The position numbers were made by a program, and so were the translations under genes. Shown here in pieces: positions 10,201-16,790 of a stretch of 64,000 bases of DNA (position 1 is the first letter of the stretch; every line of letters begins with the position of its first letter). Source of the stretch: Setoptus koraiensis (taxonomy: Eukaryota; Animalia; Arthropoda); NCBI GenBank assembly GCA_048013815.1, contig CM106586.1, positions 434,001 to 498,000 on the forward strand, given 5' to 3'. Under the pieces are notes generated by a model, which was not told the origin of the DNA, ran no database searches, and saw only the letters and a list, made by a program, of their open reading frames with translations.

Positions 10201-13200
10201 ATGCTCTCCATAATAGGCTGCAACAATAAAAGTATCCGGAATCGGGATGTGTGGGTTGGACAATATAAAACAAAGACAATCATAATTTCTTGTAAACGCC
10301 TCAGGTATCCTCTTTCCAAACGCTGTAGGAGGCATAAATCGAATACGACGGGAACCAGATATATTGAATGTTCGATGCACATAGTCGTTGAAATAAGCGG
10401 CGATGGAATAGAATTCAGCAGGCCCAATATAATGATAAGGAGGAGGCAAAACATCTGGATCTTCTTTCGCGACAAGATACTCCTGCTGGAAATGTTTCTT
10501 GACGGTCCTTTTTGGCTTTTGATTATTCTCCTCGTCGGACATTGCAGTTGTGATATTTCAGAGATGATAAATAATATAGAATTGGCTGATGAATATGCTG
10601 GATGTTGGCTTAGGATAAATATGCCGGGTTGGGCTGGCGATGAATATTCTGGGTTGCAATTTGGACCTCAGACCAACAAGACCGACACGAGGGAGCGCGA
10701 AATACAATTAATCAGAACAAGACATGTCGAGAAACAACGCCATCATGTGGACACCAACACACACACTCCGGCGGAGCGCCAACTACAAATAATCAGAAAC
10801 GCAAATGTTTTGAAACAGCGCCACCAAGTGGCAGCTAACACACACGCTCCGGCGGAGCGCCAACTACAAATAATCAGAAACGCACATGTTCTGAAACAGC
10901 GCCACCCAGTGGCAGCTAACACACACGCTCCGGCGGAGCGCCAACTACAAACAATCAGAGAAACACATGATTCGCTGGAGCGCCACCCAGTGGCAGCTAA
11001 CATAGACGCTCCGGCGGAGCGCCAACTACAAATAATCAGAAACGCACATGTTTTGAAACAGCGCCACCCAGTGGCAGCTAACACACACGCTCCGGCGGAG
11101 CGCCAACTACAAATAAACAGAAACGCACATGTTCTGAAACAGCGCCACCCAGTGGCAGCTAACATAGACGCTCCGGGGGAGCGCCAACTACAAATAATCA
11201 GAAACGCACATGTTTTGAAACAGCGCCACCCAGTGGCAGCTAACATAGACGCTCCGGGGGAGCGCCAACTACAAATAATCAGAAACGCACATGTTTTGAA
11301 ACAGCGCCACCCAGTGGCAGCTAACACACACGCTCCGGCGGAGCGCCAACTACAAACAATCGGACCCATACCAATTAACATATATAGACACGCGCCAACC
11401 AAAAACTGGTTACGATATGGGTCAATAAGCATCCACCATGGCAACATTCGCTTCATCCAAGCGAACTGTAATAAATCGGCATATGGCAACTCAACCTTAC
11501 TGGATGCAGCAAAAAATAGAAAATGTGATATCATATTAGCCAGCGAAGTCCACACCTCAGCGAGTGGGGTCATCACCGGCTTTCACAGCAGTATTAATAA
11601 TAGAGAGATAATTACTTCGAAAAACGGATATAAACGATGGAAAAAGAGGGCTCAAGCGGTCCTACAGAATCATCTAACACAAAGCAGAAAGAACAAAGAA
11701 TCAAAATGGTGGACTGCTAGACTTAGTCAGTTGAGAACAACTTACAAACAGGCTGCTAGAGCTTTCTACACAGTTGCTCATCAAAACAACGATGAGGTGA
11801 AGATGAATATGGCGAAAGCTCGCAACCTCTATGCTAAGGAAATAAGGATTGCAAAAAGACAATCATGGACCTCATTCGTAGCCCTAAGTTCAAGCATCGA
11901 CGCTTGGAGTGAAGCATACAAGATCATTATGAACAAACGAAAGTTCAAAACATGTATGCAAGCTCTCAAGTTAGACAATGGACAAGAAATCACAGAACCG
12001 TCTTCCATACTTGAGAAGTTCATGGACTCGTTCTTTCCCCAAGATGATCCGCAAACAGACACGGATGAGCAAAAGGAAATCAGGAATGCGAAAAATGATA
12101 GGTACTGGAGCGAATTTCCAAACATAGTAACGAATCAAACAGAAATTGAAACGCTCATAAAAGGCCTTCCCTATAACAAAGCGCCTGGCATGGATGGACT
12201 AACAGGTGAAATACTGAGAGGGATCTCTGCCAAAGTTTCCAAGTATCTCACGCTCATCATCGACAGTTGTCTCAAAACAGGGTACTTCCCACAAACTTGG
12301 AAAGAGGCATATGTAGTCATGATTCCAAAACCAGGAAAGAATGCCGCGACCTTGAAAGGCTGGAGACCTATATGCCTTTTGAACAATATGTCTAAGATTC
12401 TAGATAAAATTATGATAAACAACATCATGATGCAGTTCAGACAAACAACAGGAATTTCACAGGAACAATACGGGTTTGAACCACACAAGTCAACTGTTCA
12501 TGCTGTTAACGAACTAGTTGACACCATCAAAACGAAACGTAAGGAAGGAGTGGTAGCATTAGTATGCTTGGATGTCTCCGGAGCGTTCGATAACGCGTGG
12601 CATCCAGAGATCATCAGCAGACTCAAAGATGCACACATAAGCCACAATCTACTAGAACTACTCAAATCCTACCTAGAAAATAGGAAAGCGACATTAGAAT
12701 ATAATGGGATCACTGCGATAAAACACCCACAAAGAGGATGCCCGCAAGGGTCATCGTCGGGACCAATGTTATGGAACTTGCTATACAACAGCATCATCTC
12801 AATCTCCAACGAGAACAGTGACACAAGAATAATAGCATATGCTGACGATATAACCCTAGTAACCTGGGCACGCACACAGGAACTATTGAGAACTAAAACG
12901 GAAAGAGCAGTTGGACACATAATAAAGCAGGGAAATAAGATCAAACTTAGCTTTGGTCCTGAAAAAACAGAATTACTGTATTACCAACAAGTCCGAGCAG
13001 GCAGTATCCCAGAAATATGCAATCACGACACCCCAGATATAGCTCAATCATTGGCAAATAGACGCCCTCGAATGAAAAATAGCGGTAAAAGGAACGACTT
13101 CACGATAAGGGTAGATAACTACTCTATTCGCGAAGCAAAAACGGCGAGAATACTTGGGGTCTATTTCAACAATCTACTCACATGGACAGATCACATTGAG

Positions 13201-14628
13201 ATTGCTCTCAAAAAGGCAACACAAAAATGGCAGCTGCTCGCTCCTGCATGCAGCAACAAATGGGGATTAAACCCCAGAAGTGCTATCCGCATTTTCGAGG
13301 GGGCAATACAACCAGTATTAACATACGCGTCACCTGTATGGGCGGAGGAGCTGAGATTCGCCAAGACACGAAACATACTAATTAAATGGCAGGAAAGTAA
13401 AGTCACCAGACTATGCAGAGGGTATACAACTATTGCGAAATCCATAGTAAACATCATAAGTGGAATAATGCCTGTCGACTTGTTGATCGAAGGACAAGCC
13501 ATTCAATGGAACACAAACAACATACACGAATACACGTACACATACAAAGGGGACACGGTATCGAACTCCTCAGTGATTGGGAAATGCAAGATAAAAGTCG
13601 AAGCACCAGATATCCACGAGACTGAAAATATACCGGCACACCCGAGCTACTACATCAGAAAGAACAACAAAAGGTCTAGACGCGGTTATGATACCGTTGC
13701 AAAAGAGATCAAAAACGATATAGAACATCATTATATAAGAAGCCGAGAGGATAACGAATATCTATATGCATATCACCTGGACTTGATGACAGGAAGTGAA
13801 ATAAGAACATATAGACTCAAAAAGTATCCCAATTGGAAAGCAAACAGAGTCACCATGCTACTCATAGCGACCGAACACATTATACAGGATGCTAGGAGAA
13901 GGAGACTGCTTCAAAACGACAAGACCTTTCACTTCATCTACTACGAAAATGACATCGGAACAGAATTAAAGAATTTGATTTCAGTTGACCTGGTCAATCA
14001 AGAGTCAGCAAGCGTGATTAGGAAGTACTGGGCCAACAGAAAATATATTAAGTTGCTCGAAATCAAGCAAGGAGACGTATGGCCGGTTGAAGATATCTCA
14101 ACATTTGACATAGACTGCTATAGAGTCAAGGACCACAAACCCAAGATCAAGTTATGGATGCTTGACAAATGGAATGACAGATACATGTCAGAGTCATCAA
14201 AACCAGACTGCTGGGGCAAACACACTCGCCGCATATTTGAGACCGTGTTCGAACGAAAGAAGTGGATATGGGTAACACCTGGCTACAAGATGACTCAGAT
14301 TATGACGAACCACGGGTATTTTAATTATATATTAAACAAATTTGATAAGGCACCATACCCATACTGCGAAAGATGCGCCAGCATCAACATCAGAGCAATT
14401 GATAATGCACATCACTATGTCCTAGAGTGTTCCACATATTCCGAACAAAGGTCAGAGCTAATTAACTATGTTAACCTCAGAGGAATAGGATCGTTAAGAG
14501 GTATAATAGGAGACCGCACAGCCTACTACATGCTCAAAAAATTCATTCATGGTAACAACAAACTGGACAATGTACAAAACACAAGAACCAGAATGGTGCC
14601 AATAATAGACAATAATGAGCATAGCTGA
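7228..14628 (+). CDS. 2466-aa ORF: repeats, antisense-overlapped region, APE remnant, R1-like reverse transcriptase, CCHC knuckle
   Basis: RT motifs KAPGMDG, WKEAYVVMIPKPGK, RPICLL, QYGF, LDVSGAFDN, GCPQGS..GP.LWN, YADD, LGV; C-terminal HGYF..CERC..HYVLEC. N-terminal APE motifs only (IQANCNKS, DIILASEV). Confidence 0.9.
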   Translation: MVSEVGFEPTPSFEERDSLERHPVAANIDAPGERQLQIIRNAHVLKQRHPVSIITHAPAERQLQIIREIHDSLERHPVAANIDAPGERQLQIIRNAHVLKQRHPVSANAHAPAERQLQIIREIHDSLERHPVAANIDAPGERQLQIIRNAHVLKQRHPVSINTHARCNYIANVIRRQKVWLAAHKENNKTEKVGDSILISILYTNVLYCSGIQLQARDNSTFLYGTVFEMFYIRIYIIKRPVTIAIAIELSRIYILTAKKVKVTRTILWNKHGLLTYTSSYAMIKCKTRRERHWEAFHGALAWLYIYQISKHKQITNYSKAKMILYRLAISTTQLQGSSSHEVEPPFYNSKRLIVTQYSLPDSLKISNQGLKSNILITQLTAGHRAIGCDHPVIVRTHETEAVTIDIQNSLLRRNQHKQRTIRARGEGYIDGFVSAIQCWSRWVYCKRWDIDILLLLVFKHHSIFVCYTHSMADPKDNRLSYIATKTSSVRIESQFRDFTASHVIRYVDSKIFDSCVVTYNKRGLLKRLIIVPGPSRSSPGFRNCCGESGVKRVRKNTRDISQVPGIKRRWWNLARCSIHLNGTGDHISFKKSEELLRNLKLNQLLTSETGVVATLSAGDFFNEIVCGRNISSGWKIIKPKTIQNFVSGNRKGIKCRGQASPWSIVTSQGKQICVTSKHGVIKAMSWSEMVTIFKMANKLLGNRCWEGKSTMAGIKHYANYRSKRILGSHNGTEKMAVVHYWLNNYRMGVRNNDRIDGGSHSKSNQWLNHYRFKSLRGKITGHGTHYSIGRGLSVDAICWVSSISWIIAGRESLWMKSDKMLKRMYHGRRYFASAEVIKIATKVCILILFGSRLVLRQISIIGAFPLDYGFGNDGENISSRAGSADVPSNSFHYCSKRENIIKNIGSVALRWRSTGVHLPEVRPNMYETPLDKSIRILRCGLQINKTRNHPPWQRDLILKGKNIHALQYGVLSFLSAIIKDTLMVGLVRNLMLSIIGCNNKSIRNRDVWVGQYKTKTIIISCKRLRYPLSKRCRRHKSNTTGTRYIECSMHIVVEISGDGIEFSRPNIMIRRRQNIWIFFRDKILLLEMFLDGPFWLLIILLVGHCSCDISEMINNIELADEYAGCWLRINMPGWAGDEYSGLQFGPQTNKTDTREREIQLIRTRHVEKQRHHVDTNTHTPAERQLQIIRNANVLKQRHQVAANTHAPAERQLQIIRNAHVLKQRHPVAANTHAPAERQLQTIRETHDSLERHPVAANIDAPAERQLQIIRNAHVLKQRHPVAANTHAPAERQLQINRNAHVLKQRHPVAANIDAPGERQLQIIRNAHVLKQRHPVAANIDAPGERQLQIIRNAHVLKQRHPVAANTHAPAERQLQTIGPIPINIYRHAPTKNWLRYGSISIHHGNIRFIQANCNKSAYGNSTLLDAAKNRKCDIILASEVHTSASGVITGFHSSINNREIITSKNGYKRWKKRAQAVLQNHLTQSRKNKESKWWTARLSQLRTTYKQAARAFYTVAHQNNDEVKMNMAKARNLYAKEIRIAKRQSWTSFVALSSSIDAWSEAYKIIMNKRKFKTCMQALKLDNGQEITEPSSILEKFMDSFFPQDDPQTDTDEQKEIRNAKNDRYWSEFPNIVTNQTEIETLIKGLPYNKAPGMDGLTGEILRGISAKVSKYLTLIIDSCLKTGYFPQTWKEAYVVMIPKPGKNAATLKGWRPICLLNNMSKILDKIMINNIMMQFRQTTGISQEQYGFEPHKSTVHAVNELVDTIKTKRKEGVVALVCLDVSGAFDNAWHPEIISRLKDAHISHNLLELLKSYLENRKATLEYNGITAIKHPQRGCPQGSSSGPMLWNLLYNSIISISNENSDTRIIAYADDITLVTWARTQELLRTKTERAVGHIIKQGNKIKLSFGPEKTELLYYQQVRAGSIPEICNHDTPDIAQSLANRRPRMKNSGKRNDFTIRVDNYSIREAKTARILGVYFNNLLTWTDHIEIALKKATQKWQLLAPACSNKWGLNPRSAIRIFEGAIQPVLTYASPVWAEELRFAKTRNILIKWQESKVTRLCRGYTTIAKSIVNIISGIMPVDLLIEGQAIQWNTNNIHEYTYTYKGDTVSNSSVIGKCKIKVEAPDIHETENIPAHPSYYIRKNNKRSRRGYDTVAKEIKNDIEHHYIRSREDNEYLYAYHLDLMTGSEIRTYRLKKYPNWKANRVTMLLIATEHIIQDARRRRLLQNDKTFHFIYYENDIGTELKNLISVDLVNQESASVIRKYWANRKYIKLLEIKQGDVWPVEDISTFDIDCYRVKDHKPKIKLWMLDKWNDRYMSESSKPDCWGKHTRRIFETVFERKKWIWVTPGYKMTQIMTNHGYFNYILNKFDKAPYPYCERCASINIRAIDNAHHYVLECSTYSEQRSELINYVNLRGIGSLRGIIGDRTAYYMLKKFIHGNNKLDNVQNTRTRMVPIIDNNEHS
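7229..7271 (-). tRNA. 43-nt copy of the 3' half of a mature tRNA-Leu (variable arm, T-arm, acceptor, CCA): extended PBS, not a tRNA gene
   Basis: Reverse complement TCCTCGAATGAGGGCGTGGGTTCGAACCCCACTTCTGACACCA matches the eukaryotic tRNA-Leu (CAA/CAG-type) 3' end and includes the CCA. Confidence 0.85.
7275..7722 (+). repeat. 81-nt tandem repeat block 1 (about 5.5 units)
   Basis: 27-aa period HVLKQRHPVAANTHAPAERQLQIIRNA; each unit holds the hairpin ACGCTCCGG(C/G)GGAGCG. Confidence 0.95.
7894..10542 (-). CDS. 882-aa antisense protein of unknown function (possible tandem Ulp1/CE-clan-like domains plus a C-terminal Zn finger)
   Basis: Intact ATG-to-stop ORF with globular-protein composition; motifs IIIQPIVYNGHFFCAIM, ELCGRYC, YCNC..F..HFKDC. 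Confidence 0.75.
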   Translation of the reverse strand: MSDEENNQKPKRTVKKHFQQEYLVAKEDPDVLPPPYHYIGPAEFYSIAAYFNDYVHRTFNISGSRRIRFMPPTAFGKRIPEAFTRNYDCLCFILSNPHIPIPDTFIVAAYYGEHKISYKTNHQSILNYGGEETEDTILQGVNIFSLQNQISLPRWMIPGLINLQTASENSYRFVKWCFIHVRSDFRQMDPSASPSKCNTADVLDDIFSLGTIMEAITRHIRRACPTRDIFTIVSESVIKWKSADYANLAEDESTPEEYKNTYFRRNFYDFSRGKVPSTVVHPLQHFVRFHPQRLTSSDDPRDRTNPTYCIDTESSSDAIVSSMSSYFASQGFESVMVQPLITLGVRATIDPVVITDTHSIIIQPIVYNGHFFCAIMASKDPLRPVISIVFYTCHRGFAFPASITEELIGHFKNRYHFGPGHSFDNPMFGRHAYLLALGCNDAPWRCLASALYSFPVATYEILDGFRLYYLPTTANVATTNYFIEEVTSAQCRHYAGFTRQELIELEVSQELLTLFEGDVVTSSIEVDGAPGQVPPPSFDARDLGNIPCILSDSLNTTFTAAVSEARRTSARTRNYYKPFKQPSFVIRDYATVEDFAVYVSDNMAGCEVPELRFYPNRGGFGCDVGEAIIFWISHAMSVANKYAMMLKDKKKQDIYVPSFTVDPSGPTLDSRNKSIDITFTSGPDGSLLMLVPSKKRILYINGNSFSFMCPDDNRVITTYRPMACRQLGNQYVTFEALVADFQGIRERILSYNKPLAVVKRRFDFVRTASLELCGRYCKPIQDHFGFGVICDLFMLAYLINVQPSKSAMERFPVAFPSCFTFDHCVRACICKQSVFVPEYSPGHLDLFCSENVYPGEFYCNCNGDRAFDDIDAYVKHFKDCSI
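10740..11358 (+). repeat. 81-nt tandem repeat block 2 (about 7.5 units), same family as block 1
   Basis: Same unit sequence as 7275-7722. Confidence 0.95.
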
Positions 14629-14684
14629 ATGTAGAACCATCAACGGATGCATAGACACTAAAATGTCTTACTCAGAAACTTACA

Positions 14685-15180
14685 TGCACGCTGCCACTGA
14701 GCGTAGGCACTACACGATCAAACTTGAAACAAACACACATAGATATAGACGCTCCCACGGAGCGCACAGTGGTACATACGCAATACGAAATAGAGAACAG
14801 GGCGTAATAATACACGCTCTCACGGAGCGTACGGCAGTGCAAGCATATTTCCACCATATACACATACGAACATGCACGCTGCCAAGGAGCACATGCAATA
14901 CATGACCAAAACTTGCAACAACTCACACTGACATATACGCTCCCACGGAGCGCTTAGCAGAACATACGCAAGATCAGATGGAGAATAGAACATAATAGGA
15001 CACGCTCCCACGGAGCGCACGGCAGTGAATATACGATTACATCATGAACACACACGAACATGTACGTTCAAACTTGGAACAACCAAACATGGATAGATAC
15101 GCTCGCATGGAGCGCTCAAAGGCACATGTGATACCATAAGGAGAACATGGCGCAATCAGACACGCTCCCAAGGAATGCGT
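14685..15180 (+). repeat. Degenerate 3' UTR repeat array, mostly 60-65-nt spacing, around an ACGCTCCCACGGAGCG hairpin
   Basis: Eight hairpin copies at about 14688, 14748, 14814, 14876, 14937, 15002, 15098, 15161. Confidence 0.8.
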
Positions 15181-15251
15181 GGCAGTACACATACGAGTTA
15201 AAGTTTTGAAGATATTAGGTGATACAACAATCAGATAACAAATAATAAAAT

Positions 15252-15468
15252 GAGGTCATCAGACCTCGAAAGAAGAGTGAGCAGCAGTGCGGGCAACTGC
15301 TCACTTGTTTACCTTCCCGCCAGGATCATATAGCGACGACGTCGCTTCAATCATGATCCGGATTCTATTTTGTAATATAATAATCTGTAAGAATAGAATA
15401 AATAAAGGCCAATAAAAAAAAAAAAAAAAACCAACCAACCAACCAACCAGCCATCCAACCAACCAACT
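15252..15468 (+). terminator. Non-LTR 3' end: structured UTR, AATAAA, poly(A) 15414-15430, then (CCAA)n
   Basis: Stems GAGGTC/GACCTC, AGTGAGCAG/CTGCTCACT, GGATCAT/ATGATCC; AATAAA at 15401; A17 tail. Confidence 0.8.
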
Positions 15469-15496
15469 AAAATTCTAACAAATGTAACCAAAATTA

Positions 15497-16115
15497 TTGT
15501 TCTTGTCCATAACAGATACAATGGATACCAACAACCTTTTGGACAAATTGTCAAAGACGGCCATCCTCCTTGAGGAAACGGCATCTGCAATGCGTCAACT
15601 CATTGCCGCTATGCAGCCGCCTACCAAGGCCGACAGTGTTACCAATCTAATTGACATGACACTACAGCCGGTGACAAAATCCACATCAGCATACACATCC
15701 GCATATGAATCGGCATCCGCCTTTCAAACCGCATCACCATCCGCATCACCATCCGCATCACCATCCGCATCAGAATCAGTGGTGAATGATTTCACCTTAC
15801 AAGGACTGATTCCAATGATGCATTCTACGAAACTCAGTGAGTCCATCAGCGTACCGCCTGCGCAGAATGTGGCAAGAATGGTGGATATATTCGAGGGGAA
15901 AATTCCTTCGAAGGATAATGTTCAGGCAGTAGTACCAATTGACGGGGTGAAGGGTGGGAAGGGAACTAGGGTCTTAATAAAGATGAAAGACGGCACAACC
16001 CAAGAGTGCGCATACGCAGATGAAAAGTTGGAATATGGTGATCCTTTGATGAAAGAATATTCGAAATTAAGGAGGAAAATGGCGGATCAGAAAAGATTCA
16101 TCGAAACTGTAGAAA
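15497..16115 (+). pseudogene. Unknown ORF of about 200 aa, 3'-truncated by a HINE end; paralogue at 34091-34644
   Basis: Two diverged copies of the same reading frame, both ending at a HINE 3' hairpin. Confidence 0.55.
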
Positions 16116-16345
16116 ACAAGTAATACTGATCAAATCAGTATTTCGAGCGCTTAATTTTTCGTGTGGACAAGTATTGTTGAAGGATTCAAAGGAGTTCATG
16201 ACAGCCTGTCAACCACTGAACTTTAAAATGTGACCATCGAACATTGACCATCGAACACTGACCACCGAACATCGCACGTGCAGATGGAACTGTCATCAGA
16301 AATTCGAATTTTCAATTTCGAAGTTCGAATTGTGACCATCAAACT
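16116..16345 (-). mobile_element. HINE family B, 3' end and start of its GACCATCGAA minisatellite
   Basis: ACAAGTAATACTGATCAAATCAGTATTTCGAGCGCTTAATTTTT; same as 39037. Confidence 0.8.
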
Positions 16346-16790
16346 TATACTATGGAAACAATACAAATGTATTTGATTATCATCACATCCGCATCGCAAT
16401 AATATTCAAGTTAGATACACGACAAACAGTATATGAATGGCATATTGAGACGGGACGCGGCCCGACTTACTTCTCTCTATCAAAACTCAATGACTTTCTT
16501 CAAACAAATCACACAATTAACACTATCAAGATGATTGCACACAAAAGGCTTAACTAGCAAACACAACGCACGCTTTATTCATTGCTTAGCACAAGAAACA
16601 AGATGTACTTTTCATTGTGTTGCTCCTCTTTATATAATCATTTGTGAATGTTTTATCGGCTTCATCTTATGATGACGATTATCGTGACGTAACGGCTATC
16701 GTCATTATAAGATGGTCGTCATCAGTTTCCCACGCCAAGATGGTGGCTACCGCTATGTGGCTACCACCGTTACACATGCCCCGTCCTCCT

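Noticed and set aside
7894-10542. Endogenous ambigrammatic narnavirus RdRp
   Set aside because: No GDD or other RdRp palm motifs in either strand's translation.
7275-15180. CRISPR-like array (hairpin repeats with spacers)
   Set aside because: The spacers are themselves homologous (tandem or higher-order repeats), no cas genes are present, and the context is eukaryotic.
15431-15468. Telomeric repeat
   Set aside because: The unit is CCAA, not the arthropod TTAGG/CCTAA, and the tract is short and internal.
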